Shown here: positions 1 through 14,300 of the stretch, in pieces
Numbering within the stretch: the first letter of the stretch is position 1
How the letters are laid out: each line of letters opens with the position of its first letter
From: Nemertoderma westbladi
Taxonomy: Eukaryota > Animalia > Xenacoelomorpha
DNA length: 64,000 nucleotides
NCBI GenBank assembly: GCA_032718475.1
Contig: JAUCBJ010008367.1
Span: 1-64,000, forward strand
Direction of reading: 5' to 3'
The notes under the pieces: model-generated
The model's database searches: none
The model's input: only the letters and a program-made list of their open reading frames with translations
Told to the model about the DNA's origin: nothing
Program-made: the position numbers and the translations under genes

Positions 1-579
1 ATAATATATGCGTGATGCGTGTAGTTGGTGGCCACGTTGTCTGCATATACAGTATACAGTGGTTGGTTGCATGGATAGGAAATAACTATGGAAATATTCG
101 TATACGTGTAGCTAGAACGTGGCGGAATTTCAACACGTATCATAATAGCGTTGGGGTAGGCAGGCCGCTCGGTTGGTTGGTTTGGCGACAGCCGTCGCGG
201 AGTAGCCGTGCGTGGTGGTGGTGGTGGTGGTGGTGAGTTGGCAATCGATTCGATATAATAGGGTAGTGTGGGGCTAGCCATGCGATGAGAAGTTAGGTTA
301 CGCGAAGATGAATATGCGATGGTTGGTTGATGCAACGACGCGAATCAATACTCGCGGGTGGTAACAGTTGTCGAGTAAGGTAGGCATCGTGAGGTTAGGC
401 TACGCGTAGGTGATAAGCAACGATTGGTTGAAGGCACCAATACTGTTGGTGACAGATGGTCATTAAACACCACAATTTAGCACCGGAATTTGGCATTTTT
501 TAATTGCCTCCGAGATGTGGCCCGTAGCCCAGGCTAGGGAGGAGTATGGTGAGGGCTATGCTTCTCCTACTACTCACGT

Positions 580-1505
580 TCAACAGAACGACAGACACAC
601 CGATTCAGTTAATGGTATCCGTTTGCTAAGCTCGCTTACTTGCGTGGCTCGCCCCATACAGGATCAACGACAAGCAAACAATACTATACCAGACCGACGC
701 GACGACCCGACTGTTACAAGTACAAACCAACATATCGCGGTACCATTTTTGTCTGGAACGCGATATAAACGGATTTAAAGAAGATAAATTGAAAAATCAT
801 TTAGGAAAAAATTTATAAAACAAACTAAGAACTGAGCTACAGTATGATAAAAAAAAATAATATATAACAATAATGATTTTTATCAATTACCATATCATAA
901 TAAAATGTAAATTAAATTAATAAATTAAACCAATATAAATCAAATAATTGTACTGTTATTTGTGGGATAAAAAGGTATTGGGTCGAAGGTCCGAATGAGA
1001 CGTGTCCATGAGTGGGTCCGAGTATTAACGAAAATTATTCTGAGCTGCTTGTCATTTGCATTTACGCTGCTTGGACATACAAAGAAGAGCAAGCATAGTC
1101 TACTGTATGTGACACTGTATTAACGAGGGAGGATCAAAGCAACTTCATTGATTCTATCTTTAAATATATTTTTCACCGTAGGCCTACTTTCTCCAGATAA
1201 ACAGTTATTTATAAAACAGTATTTTTATTTATTCACTTATATTAATAATTGTTAAATAAATTTTTAAATTGAATTGAATATGTATTGAAAATATAAATTG
1301 AATAATATGCACTAGAGTATTATCATACAAAATGGTTAAGCACATTAATATTAATTAAATCCAACAGTAACGTAAATGCATTCAATAAGGCCAGTCATGG
1401 CCATAGGGCCTATGCTGATGTGGGGCGAGCGTCGAAAGTAAGCGAGCTTAGCATACAGGTACCACTAACTCAATTAGTGTGTCTCTTGCTCTGTTGTTCT
1501 GTTGA
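580..1505. repeat. Diverged ~80-90 bp inverted repeat pair (580-660 / 1416-1505); possible MITE arms or two copies of a dispersed repeat
   Basis: TCAACAGAAC...GCTAAGCTCGCTTACTT...GCTCGCCCCA at 580-660 recurs reverse-complemented at 1416-1505. Confidence 0.5.
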
Positions 1506-2017
1506 TCTGTTGTGTCCAATTTTAAACGTTAATAACTCAGCCAAATCTCGATAAAATATATCCAAACTTGGTATATATGTAGTCTGGCAAAAGTGTAGAA
1601 ATTTTCCAAGGTGAAATTGCGTCTCAATAGGAAGGTATTTACTAGAGATCCATAAAGAATACTCATATATGCTATATTTCTCGGGTTCACGGTCCTACTT
1701 ACTGACTTATATCAGAACAAGGCCATCTAAATAACAGGCCATGACGATGACAAGGACCTATAAAATAGGACCTGAAAAATAGAAACCTAGGACCTGCACA
1801 ATTATCGTAGGCTGACTGCTGAATTATCAAATATTATATTTTCCACGAATGCATGGTCCATTATTTAAAAGGAGATAACTAGATTTTCGTAAAGAATTTA
1901 ATTGAAACAGTATTTAATAATTAATTAATTAATTATCGCTCGAGTTCCTGCTGCTTTTATTTGTTTGTGGCTGCCTCTGGCTATGTTTGTGGCAGGTTTG
2001 TGTTAGTAACAATTTTA

Positions 2018-2145
2018 GTTACCAATTAAGGGAAAGGAGCAGGTTACAGAGACGGCTTCTTCTAACCAAAACAATAAACGATGTTGTTACCAATTTAAGG
2101 TAAGGAGCAGGTTACAGAAACGGCTTTTTCTAACTAGAACAATAA
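2018..2145. repeat. Two-copy tandem duplication, unit ~68 bp
   Basis: GTTACCAATT..AAGGAGCAGGTTACAGA.ACGGCTT..TCTAAC...AACAATAA starts at 2018 and again at 2086. Confidence 0.7.
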
Positions 2146-3687
2146 TTGTTTAGTTGGCGATGGTTGCTCGCGGAGAAGATTGTCTTCGGGCGAAGTTTGC
2201 TGCGTACCCTACTAAACATTACACATCACGTGTGGCGGGCATTTTGTTAAAATTCCAAACAATCACACCTGGACTACGCTGGGGGGGGGGGGGGGGCTCT
2301 TCCCCCACATCCACAACTACTATAAATATGAATTACAATTTGGGGTCTGGGACCCTACCGTGGGAAATTCCTGGCTACGCGGCTGATTGCGTGGGGTCTT
2401 CGTGCAGCATCTGTGTAACTGTCTTGCAGTTATAATAAATTTATCTATCCAAAAATTATTAGGCTTGGCATCAGCTGGTTGCTAGGAGACTGCAGGATAT
2501 ATCGGTGGGTTTGAAATTCAGCAATACCGGTACAATGCAGCAATAATGTGGCCTTGTGAAGTGTGGTAGGCCTATTTCACTTTCAGCCATTCCAGCATTT
2601 CCAGAATGCAGAGTTCAGAGTACAACACAGGTACCATGAGATGCCTGTACTCAGTACCGGTACTGCTCACTGCGGTTGCTGTATGCGGTAGGCCTAGCTT
2701 TCTAGGTTGGTTGTCAGTCTGTCAATGTGGTACTGCTACTGCATTAGGCCTATCTGAGTATTATCGTACGTGTGGTAGGGCAGGGAGTCCTGAAATTGCC
2801 TGAGTGATGACAGAATTGCGATATCGACACTATTCAGCCATATCATGTACCGGTACGGTACCTTAATCTTATTAAACATATGTTTTAGGGCAATTCCGTC
2901 GTTACGGACTCACATTCATACGCAGTTTTCTAATTTAATTGGCATATTTAATAAATAACTTTACAATATAAATAACATTCACCTATGGTGGCTAATGGAT
3001 TAATGGTGCATCTTTACATTGACTTATAACAAAGAGTTTTTAACTCATTTGATTCATAGGATATTGTAAATACAGTACCCGTTACGGACTCACATGCAAA
3101 TGGACAAAGAAAAGTTACCCAATTGTATTTTGACAAATTCTCTTGAATGAAATATTTAATGCCATACGTTATAACTTTCACAATGCGAGGTAGATACAAC
3201 AAATTTTTTAAAATGGTGGTGAACCACATTTATAGAGAAATTGTTCGTTACGGACTCACAGAAAAAAAATGTTACGGACTCACACTTGAAATCGTTATGC
3301 ACTCGTTATATTTTTTAGAAAAAAGAGCAACGACCAAAGAATGCTCATGGTGTTTATTCAATAAATATCTTTATTAATTATATACCTTTCACAATGTACT
3401 GTACCTTAAGAATCACTATTAGATATATCTTTAGTAGTGTTCATTAAGTGAACTGTACATCTTATCTACTGTATGAGATGGAGTAGGCATATTTGGTGTG
3501 TGTATATTAGTGTATATTTAATATCCTATAAGTTCATATGACCATAATTTGTTAAAATGACCAATTTCTAATTCTTTAACAACATAAATACCACGTTCAC
3601 GTAAAATTTTTTATACTGGAAAATAAATTTTAAACAGTATTTCGTTGTATTTATGTTTTACGATCACTACTATCACAGTCCACAGTT

Positions 3688-3773
3688 CCACCTTGGCGTA
3701 GTTTGTTAAATCGGTGGCATTGAAATCACATCTCTCCTTGGGTCATGGCATGGGTTCGATCCCATTATGGGGG
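3688..3773 (+). mobile_element. tRNA-derived SINE-like head (Pol III A/B boxes)
   Basis: A-box-like TGGCGTAGTTTG at 3694 and B-box GGTTCGATCC at 3753-3762; I could not fold a proper cloverleaf. Confidence 0.4.
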
Positions 3774-4038
3774 CTAGGTCCGGCCCGGAGATACTAAGTC
3801 CGGCCCAGAGATACTAAGTCCGGCCCGGAGATACTATCTCAGGCCCGGAGATACTAAGTCCGGCCCGGAGATACTAAGTCCGGCCCGGAGATACTAAGTC
3901 CGGCCCGGAGATACTATCTCAGGCCCAGAGATACTAAGTCCGGCCCAGAGATACTATCTCAGGCCCGGAGATACTAAGTCCGGCCCGGAGATACTAAGTC
4001 CGGCCCAGAGATACTATCTCAGGCCCAGAGATACTAAG
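3774..4038 (+). repeat. 20-bp tandem array, ~13 units
   Basis: Direct repetition of CCGGCCCGGAGATACTAAGT variants. Confidence 0.95.
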
Positions 4039-5210
4039 TGTTCGCGCTTTCAGACCTTCAGCAGTTTAACCTGCCAAATTTGGGTGTCTTCTAGATTATA
4101 AATCGACTTTAGCCTATGACGAGTATTTGATACACTACATTAGCCGAAGCCAGTCTATGCGCGACCATTCACCCGCTGGATATACCCGGGAGACTGGATT
4201 CGGAAGCATTGACCTTATTGCGGTGTAGGCCTACTGTATTATTCGACTGATCGTTAATATATAATTTCTGACAAATATTATTCACTTTTGGGAAATATTA
4301 ACAGTTCCTTTAGGACGTGGCGCTCTAAATATGTAAACAGAGTTATGACTTACACTAGACACAACGGGATGGCTATGGATTCACGTATAAAGCGCATTCT
4401 TTAGGAGATGCTTTGTTATCAGTCACAATCATGCACACTACCGCACAATGCTGCACACCGATCTGCCGACCTTCACTAAATTTAGTCACATATAAAGAGA
4501 ACAACGACCGACACATGTAGTGCCTATGAAATAGCATTAGATTCACTCCAAAACCACTTTAATGTAAGTCGCAATTGTTATATGTAACCGGTCTCTCTAA
4601 CCTTCAGTGTATCAAGAAGATTGGGGTTTCTGATTATTGATCGATATTATCCAAATATAACAATATTTCATCAACTGATATAATGAATAACCGACAGTAA
4701 ATAGCAGTAAAAATGCGGTGTTTATAGTTGACAATATGATTTGCATTGATAGGATCAGATTGTTTGATAGGTAGGATAACAGTTATACGTTTCTATGATC
4801 AAGCCTACTAATGTTTGGCTAAAGCCTGAAAACACAGAATTCCAAAGCCGGTCTTATGGCTGTGAACAAAAATACACATACTGACTGAATCGCATGAGTT
4901 TCTGTATACAATCCCCAACACAGAGTCAAAAAACGCTCTGATTGGTCGACCGAACAAAGAGAGAACAAAGAACAAAGAAATGTTACACGTGGACATATCA
5001 GCTGTTAGATGTCGTCATGGTAACTACACTGTATCAAGAGGATTTTGGCTTATTGCGACATAAGATCGCTAGTTATGTCCGCTAAAGTACACAGCTAGTT
5101 ATGTCCGCTAAAACACCCGTACAGTAAGGAAACGGCTTTTATGTCCGTTAAAACACCTACAGAGTACTTTGCGGGGAAAATAACTGGCTAGATCCGCAAA
5201 AGCCTTTACA
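4039..5210 (-). repeat. 3' LTR of BEL copy A (1172 bp)
   Basis: On the minus strand it reads TGTAAAGGCTTTTGCGG...GAAAGCGCGAACA, the same termini as the B and C LTRs; preceded by PPT-like GGGAGCGG. Confidence 0.93.
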
Positions 5211-5287
5211 CCGCTCCCAGAAAATGGGATTTATTCTATAAAATATAAAAAATCACAGTTTCTAAATTATAAAAATACTCTAAACAG

Positions 5288-6753
5288 TTAGTTTTTCTTG
5301 CGCGGACGGCGTTTACGCAGTTTTTTGAGGCTAGCAAGAGTCCTTTTTTCTTTGGGGCGAGCCACTTTACTAGGAGGGCTATAACCCTTGGGTAAAGGGT
5401 GCAATACAATTGCATCTGAAGGGTTAGGGTTACGGTCGATGTCTCGTCCATTTCGATATGCTTCTCCTCGAGCTGATTTTCCTCCGCTTATCGTTGGATG
5501 CGTTCGTCCAAAACTCTTGCAGAGAATAGGGTCGTCCAAGTTCGATATCTTCTTAGAGATTCTGAATTTCCTGATCGAACTGAGATAAAGTTAATTCGTT
5601 TACCGCTTGGACTTGTTGCTGCAATTTACGTTTCTCTAAACAATTGTAGGTTCATTTTCCGATCTTTTGACGAATAGTGTCCAACGCGTTTCGTACAACT
5701 CTCTCCTCCGCCTCGGTGACAGGTTGTATCGGGTTAAACAGGGACGATGATACGGTTGAATGGCGATATTAGATGTCCGCGTCCCAATCCGACTAGGTAA
5801 GATGGGCGAATATTTAGGGAGCCCACAACCGGAGTGCCACCGACTAACTGTTCGGGTAACACTAGATCTTTGAACAGTGAGTACAGTTCGGGAGGATCCG
5901 TGATACTATTAGGATCAAGAGTCTGAGGTCTAACTAGGGATTGAGGAGGTCTGACCGAGTGTTCCGGAACTCCGATCATAGGTTTATTTAAGGATCGTTT
6001 GAATCGAGCGAGCGTAGGTGATACATCGAACAAGTTTCGCTCGAAACTCCCGTAAATATAGCGAGTAAAACCGTGTTTAAAGCAACGTCTCTACGGATGT
6101 TTATGTCTTTCCGTTTGTTGGTTGGGTCTTGGGCATTCATCGCAATAATACCAAAGACGCACGTCTTGTAGGGGAAACGCGGGTGATATTTATTCGGTTT
6201 TACAATATTCCTCCATCTGTTCGAAGCTATCTGGGATGACAGGTAGCGGTCGATCGGCGGTAAGATACATCATAGTGAAATAGAGTCGTTTGAGTTCTAT
6301 CATAGGATCCTGATGTATACCTTGAGGATATCAAGTTTCTAGATTTTGTTGACTGGCAATATTGAGATATGTTTCTCTCAGGAATTCCAGATAATCGTTG
6401 AAGTTGCTGCGTTTATCCGGCTCTTCAACGTCTTCTCTTTCGAGTCTGTTTTGAATAGAATTCTCGTGTTCCATTCTCGGTTTATCGTTCCGCCTCCGCT
6501 GGGTAGGATATTTAAATAGTACCATTTCCCTTTCGGTGTCGACATCGTCCGTATCGTGTAAATCGATAGGATGGCCGGTAGTTAAGAAGTCCATATACGT
6601 ACCATTACCATTCCATTGCGGTTCGATATAACGACAATCGTCCTCCGTAGTAGTTGGACCAGCGTCGCCGCGTATCAAGCTATCAACAAACGCTTGTAAA
6701 GGTAGAGTATATCGCTCCCTGATACCAAGATCATCTTCTATCAACTCAGTCAT
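5288..6753 (-). pseudogene. Remnant of BEL accessory ORF with exonuclease and zinc-knuckle region deleted
   Basis: MTELIEDDLGIRERY... start and ...KKLRKRRPRKKN end match copy B. It has several stops/frameshifts, and ~2.7 kb (B ~53271-55998) is missing at a junction near 5442. Confidence 0.9.
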
Positions 6754-8387
6754 ATCTGCTATATGAGTTTATCAATATTATAATGAGTTTATATTTAGGC
6801 TAGCGGGCGTCGCTGCCTACCCCACTCGGCCCCCGGACAGCGCAAGATCCTCAGCGCTGGTGTACTTTCGCCGATGTGCCTATCGCCAACGTAGTAGCTG
6901 CACAACGACCACAACAACCAGCGCGAGTCACTCCACCATCCATCCCAAAGGCTTAGATTTACTTCAGGTTTTTACTGGAGAGTTAGGGCTACTTTCACAA
7001 TTGCGACTCGCTACTGTAAACACACTTTAGTAGTAACATTCACCTATAAACGCACAAATTCCACACAACTGTCACAAATCGCACACATTCGGGCCATTTG
7101 TCCGTTAGTCAGTGCCTTCCAGAATGCCACGTTATTATTGGGTATCCTGGGATACTAGCAGTATGCTATTTATTCCTTATGTTATTCAAGGGGGCAAGCC
7201 TTTATTGTTCTTTTAACTCACTTCTAATTCTAGCGTGGTTGTTGCCATGGTGACATTATGGAAAGCTAGCAGTAGAATTAGGGTAATTCTCATGCATACA
7301 GATCTGGGATGCTATTTAATAGTAATTCTTTAATTGTCAATATTCCTCTTTATACATGATTTTATGAATTTTAATCGGCTATTGACTATATATTGGAGAT
7401 TCTCGCACACTACTACACTTAATAGAGTGAATCTCCGCTCCCATGATCTATTAATTAATGGAATTTTGGGAATGTTATAAATTGTATAAAAATGACAATT
7501 TATCAAATTCATTAAAACATGAATTTAAATTTATTCCCGTAAATTTTATTATTTAATATTAAATAGACACAATTTTATTCCAGAACATGTCTGGGGACTA
7601 GGATCCTTGATTCTAGGAAATTGGTCTTTTTTAAGAATGTCGGTAAGTGCTACGATATCTTAATAGACTAGAATTTTAAAGGATCTAAAATTTGACAGAT
7701 TTTGTAAATATTAATAATTAATATTTAGGATGGGCACCAGTTTATTCCAGAACTTGTCTGGGGACGTTAACCACTGATTCTAGAATTTTGTCTTTCAAGT
7801 ATATCGGTGGGTACCGCGATATCTTAATCGACTAGAATTACCGATGGTCAAAGGGTTTAACAGATTTATTTTGCGTTTTACGCTACTGTTAAAGGGGCAT
7901 CACGCTACTATATGTATTATTTAATATACGGTATGAGAGCAATATCGCACGAAGCAATGTCAGTGAGAAGAGGCAAGTCGTTTCCAAGGTCTACCCAGAG
8001 CTTGGTTTAGCCGAGACACGAGGATCTGAATTTTGCATTCCTAATACTCTGCTTACCAATAATACTTAAATATAGTAGGAGCTTTATTGTACTTTAATAA
8101 GTACGGACATTCCATCTTACTGTAGTCACGTATGTGTAATGTAATACGGACAGTAAGGAAAGAGAAAATAATTATTTCTCGCCGTCGCACTAAATATATA
8201 ATATATAAGTAATTAATTATTAAACGCGAATATATATTGCACTAATCTACTAGATAATCGCTAAAATAACATTCTACTAAATAAAATTAAAAAAAACGAT
8301 TATAATAAAATTACATAATAATACGTACCTAAATATAAAATAATAAAAATATAAGATAATATAGTCACACACCCACTCCAGCCGTTG

Positions 8388-11300
8388 TTAAGTTGGGGAT
8401 TCCCTAGATGTTTGTTGGATTAGGGAGGTGGTCGTGGGAAGAGTATCTTGCCTTCCATAGTTTCCGGAGAGTTCTCTGTCTCTTTCCAGTAAACATAAAC
8501 GACCAACTGGGCGATTGAGCTGCTGTGTCTCGAAGACAATTCCCGGTTTCTTGAAGTTACGTCGCATGACGACGAGTTCTACCGATCGCACCAAACCATC
8601 ATCCGAGATGTGAGTCTCGATGATACGACCTGTCTGCCGCCTCTTACGTGGAAGATCTGAATCCACAATAAGGACCATGTCTCCAGCGCTGACGTTTTCT
8701 TGCTGCGCAAACCACTTAGTTCGAAGTTGTAGCGTGGGCAGATAATGTTTTTCGAAATGGTCAGCGATACGACGGGATAACAACTGCATAAGTTGCCAAG
8801 TTTGCCGGCAGTATTCGTCTCCGTCTGTGATTTCCGATCGTGGGAGCATGGCTACAGGTTTCTTCAGTAGGAAGTGCGCGGGTGTTAGCGCTTCCAGGGA
8901 ATCGGGACTCGATGAGACTGGCATAAGCGGTCTCTCGTTGAGATAGGCGGCGATTTTCTCCATTAACGTCCGCAAAAGTTTGTCGGTGAGATACGCGCGG
9001 CACGGCACTATGAAGTGAAATGCGGTCTTCACGCTCCTGATTAATCTCTCACAACTTCCTCCCCACCAAGGGGCGTCGGCGGCGTTGAAGGTCCAGCTAG
9101 ACGCTGTTACCCTTAGCTGATCGTCCACCTGTCTTTGGTTCCAATCTTTGACGTAAGCTTTGATTTCATTGTTGGCACCAATGAAGTTCGTTCCCTTATC
9201 AGATCTCATTGTGTTACTAGTTCCAAAGCGAGCGATCTGTCGTCGTAAGCTCAATAGGAAGCTGTTGGTAGATAAATCGTTCACCATATCGAGATGGATA
9301 GCTCTACAAGTCATACAAACAAAGATGACACACCATCTCTTGACTATAGTCCTAGCACGATATACTTCAATAGGGCCAAATAAATCTACACCGGTATTAG
9401 TAAAGGGTGGTTCATAGAAGCTTACTCGTTCCCTAGGTAATTCTGCCTCTCGCTGTGTTAAAGGCCTACTGAATGCTTTCCTACAGGGTATGCAGTTCCT
9501 AAGAACTTGGTTCAGAGCTCTACGGGGTTTATAAAAATAATAGCGAGTTCGAATTTCGCTAAGAACTCGCTCTCTACCAGCATGATAAAGTTTGCTGTGA
9601 ACATCTACAATCATTTTGATTTGTATTTCAAGATTTCTAATGAGTATGGGAAACTTGGTGTCAAAGGATAATGGAGCATTAGTTAATCTTCCTCCAACAC
9701 GTATCAACCCATCTATCATTGTGCTAGAGAAACGATCCCTTAAGCGCATCTGTGGATTTCTCAACAACAGGAAATACTTATCGGAATCCTCATAGCATTG
9801 CAGGAGTCTCAGCATCTGCTTGTTGGTTTCTTCATGCTCCTGATAACTGATCCTCTCCTTCAGGAACCTGTCGGATATCTTATATTTGGGAAGATCTTTA
9901 ACAACATGGACCTGCACAGATGTCAGTGGAGCGGTATCATTATTGGTCTTCGCCCTGGAGTAGTGATGATGAAAACATCGCTTTAAATTGTAACGGCTTA
10001 CAGAGCCGATTCCAGGAACTGTAGTGATATATCGCTCTCTGCAGGAGAGGTGAGAGTCCTTGCGAGACGTCTGGTATTCCAGATTTCCAATCCTTCTCTC
10101 TGATTTCTACAACAGACTTATTTGTGGCTGTGGGTTTCGGATCCAAAGCGTCGTCTCCGGAAGTGTGTAGTACAGACAGATCTACCACGGGTTTAAATAA
10201 CTTCGATTTACTCGCCCGAGTTTTAGGTTTGACTTTCTCCGCTCCCTTGGCCTGTCTAATCTCTGCCGTAGTAAGATGAGGAGGCCATTCATCCTCTTCT
10301 TTGCTTAGGAAGTCGGGTCCACCTAACCAGTCTGGAGTATCTATCAGTTCTTGTGGAGTTGCTCCCCTGGAGGCGATGTCTGCTGGATTAATCGTTCCGG
10401 GGCAATGTCTCCATTGATCCATCTTCGTGCGACTAAGTATAATGGCTACTCTGTTGGTAACGAAGACGCTGAACCGACAGACTTTATTGGTTATATACTC
10501 CAACACGAGTAAAGCATCGGTCCAATAGACAATTTTCTCCAGTGGATAGTCGATCTGTTCTGTTACATTCCGGCCGATGGCTGTAGCGTATAGAGCCGCT
10601 TTTAACTCCACTCGAGGAACTTTCAACTTGTTGTTTATCAATGCCTTAGAGGTAACCAAGGCGACTTTGATTCCATCCGGAGTTTCCACTCTTAGGTAGG
10701 CTACTATACCTATTCCCATATCGCTGGCGTCTCCAAACACATGGAGTTGATAGGAATACGTAGGGAGAACATGACCAAAATATGAACGGGAAATTATAAA
10801 GTTCTCGATGGCTGGTAGAGAATCTTCCCATTTCATCCACTTCTTTAATAATTCTCCCTTAAGTGGATCGTCCCATGAGTGGTTTTCAAGCCACATTTGT
10901 TGTACTAAACTCCGAGCAATCAATATAACTGGGCTAATAAATCCCAATGGATCGAAATAAGTACTCAGGATACTTAAACAAATCCGTTTAGTCCGAACTG
11001 GATTATCTCGCTGTTTTAGCTGGAAAAACAGGATATCTCTCTCTGTGTCCCATTTCAAACCAAGTGTCTTGGTTTCTGGAAGATCATCTTTAATTAGGTC
11101 TAGGTCTTTCGCTCCTCGATCTTCTACCGGGGTCGATTCCAGAAACTCACGGGAGTTGCTGGTGAATTTAGTTAATCGAAATCCACCTCTTTTTAAGCAC
11201 TCCACCATTCCTTTGGCGACATCAATGGCTTCTTCCACAGATGGAAGGGACTTTAAATTGTCGTCCATGTATATATCCTGTTTGATGTTGTCGATCACCT

Positions 11301-14300
11301 CTTTTGAGAAGGCGTCCCGGTTGTCATCAGCAGTGGTGCGCACCACTGAGCAGGCGTTTGAAGGGCTTGAGATGATCCCAAAAGCCTGGATGGTCATCCA
11401 ATACTCCACCGGTTTCTGGCTGAGGTCTCCTTCAGGCCACCACAGAAATCGTAGGCTGTCTCGATCCCTGTCCAGCGCCTTGACTTGTAAGAACATGCCT
11501 TCTATATCGGAGGTGAAAGCGATTGAATATTGTCGTAATCTTAAGAGTATTCCCAACAAGGATTGGAGTAAGTTGGGTCCTGGTAACAACTCGGAATTAA
11601 GGGATTGGCCCATGTAGAGGGCGGAGCCGTCGAATACTACTCGTACCTCATGAGGTTTACTGGGTTTGGGAACGTAATGATGTGTTAAATAGTACGTTCT
11701 TTCAGTTAGGGGTGTTCCTTCCGGTACTCGCTCCGCATATCCCTTATTAATAAATTTCTTCAACTGAGTCTGATACATTTCTTTAGCTGAAGCATTTGCC
11801 GTAAGGCGTCGATGTAGTTGAGCAATTCTTTTCTCCGCCAAGGGTCGGTTATTTATGAATTTTGGTTCTCGCTTTCGGAATGGGAGACCGATTTCATATC
11901 TACCTTGATCTTTAAGAAAACGTGTCGTTGTCTCCTGGATCTGCTTGGCTCTTTCTTCTTCTACCGATAGGGCCTTATCGTAGGAATTGGGCTCTACAGC
12001 CTCTTGAGTAAAGAATCGTACGGCGTGTTCATCTCGAGTTTTCGCGTTATATCTCTCGATTACGTCATTCAGTTCGTCATTATAGTCGACTCGTCCTGAT
12101 TGACTAATGACTTGACATAGATTCACTTGGTTTTGCCAAGTCTCGTTTTCCGTAAGGATATCGATGGTATTCTCCTCGTCGAAGAGCTGGTGGATATCGT
12201 CATTATCTGAGGAGTATGGTGTTCCCTCAGTTGGGTCGTCAACTTCACTGCTCTCCACTTCCCATTCACTTAATTGATATACCCGTTCTTTTGGTAATCT
12301 TTCCATTAGAGTTCTACGTGAAGGGCCAGTAAAGTACCAACCTACTCTAGTTCTTCCCGCATAGACTTGTAATGGTTGCGGTTGAGCAGGCCGTTTCTCC
12401 AATGTCTCAAGCGCTTCATGCGCATTTTGGCCGATGAGTATTTGCACTCCAGGGTAATCTGTGTTGAATCTAGATATATTTAACTGCTGGGTGGAATCGT
12501 CTTCATCCCAGTTATAAGGTTCTACTTGGCTGGTAGCGAAGTTCTTTATCGCCACCATTTTTACTGACCTTATACTATGCTCTCCTAGTTCATCCTGGGG
12601 GGTGGACAACGCACCTACATAATAATCCGCTATTACTGTAGATTTCCAAACCTGCATAATTCCTGACATGTTTAACTTAGTTCGGAACTTGGGTTGTCCA
12701 GCAAAGATGTCTTCGGCTAGTTCTTTGTCGATGAATGTTCCTGTGCTACCGGAGTCAAGGAGGGCGTTCACTATATAACTCCTTTTAGGTCCGTGGACCC
12801 TTAGCTGCACTACAGGAAATTCTCGGATTCCTACATTGGAAGTTGGTGCTTTCCAAGATGGTTGTCGGTCAGAAGTAGTTAGGGGGAGCTCGCTGTCGGT
12901 GTCCTTTTCATACGTAAGTGCTCGATACACTGCGGTATTTATCAGGTAACAGGATTCGTCTTCGTCGGAGAATTCGTCTGTATAGAATCCTTCCATCTCA
13001 GAACTTTGGTCAGTGTCGTTCACATCACTGAATTGGACATGTAGTTCGGAATCACTTACCTGACTCGGGCTGTTTCGTTCGAATTCAGTGTGCAACAAGA
13101 TATGATATTTTGCGCCGCACTTCGCACACCTTGCGTCCGAGTAACAGGTTCGCCGTTGATGTCCTTGTCTGAGGCAATTATAACACAACCGCTTATCCCA
13201 CATGACTTCCCATCTATCCTTTAATGATTTCTTTAGGAATTCATCACACACATTCAAACGGTGGGTCCCGTCACACTGCGCACATTTCGGTTTGATGTTA
13301 CTTACCTTATTTTGAGTAACGTTGTGCACACTCGTTCTTTCTTCGGGCTTTCTTACCTGAATTCTCTTAGGAGACGTAGGAGGAGTTTTTCTTACCTGTT
13401 CTCTCCTGTCATTGGTTCGAGACTTGAATTTACTTACGTCTTTAGGAGTTTTATTGACATAATAAGATCTTTCAGTGTCTTTCCCGCTGTCTTCTTCTTG
13501 AGAAGCCTGGCTTTCGCCGTCGTCGGTATAACACACTGGTGTTACCTTTCTCCTAGAAACGGGTTTCTCACTTACCTTGTTTTCCGGTGTCTTCTCTCTG
13601 GACTGCTTTAGGAGCTGTAATTTCACTTATCCATCTAAGAATGACATGAGATCAGCCATGGTAGGGTCTCGTCGTTGTTGTTCCATCATATATAACACTT
13701 TCTTATCCCAGCGTGTGCCTACTCCACCCTTAGGTAAAGTTGAGGCCACGGCTCCAATAACCATAGAACTCTGATATTCATGAGACTTACCTAGCCAATC
13801 TAATTGTCTACAGATCTCTTGAATCTCATCGGAAAACTCTATAATCCCGCTGCTAATGAACTTTCGGGGGGCTACCAATTTTGCATACAAATACCTAGCT
13901 ATGTTATTCCTATTACCATACCTGATGTTTAGTGTATCCCAAACTTGTCTTAATCCATCTGGATGTCCAATAAACTTTAACGCCATTAACTTGGGAGATC
14001 CTTCCAAGCACTCGATGAGGAATCTAAGTTTCTCTCCATTAGATAGCACAGAGTTCTGTATGTTATCTTTGTAATATTCATTAAAAGGTAACCATTTCAT
14101 CTCATCTCCATTGAACTTGACGATTTCTCCCACCTTTACCGCTTGACGGGCTTCGGTTCTAGCCATTTGACGCGTAAAACTTTCTTGGGCCATCGTGTTA
14201 TTTAATATCAAGTTATCGGTATATAAATTTCTCGGATTATTATCAAGTCTATATGGAATATCATTGTCAACAGGTTTATAATTACCCTTAATAGGGTTTA

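Noticed and set aside
11045-11617. Antisense ORFs over pol (also 47032-47688 and many within 31169-35749)
   Set aside because: Shadow frames of pol; sharing between copies reflects nucleotide identity only
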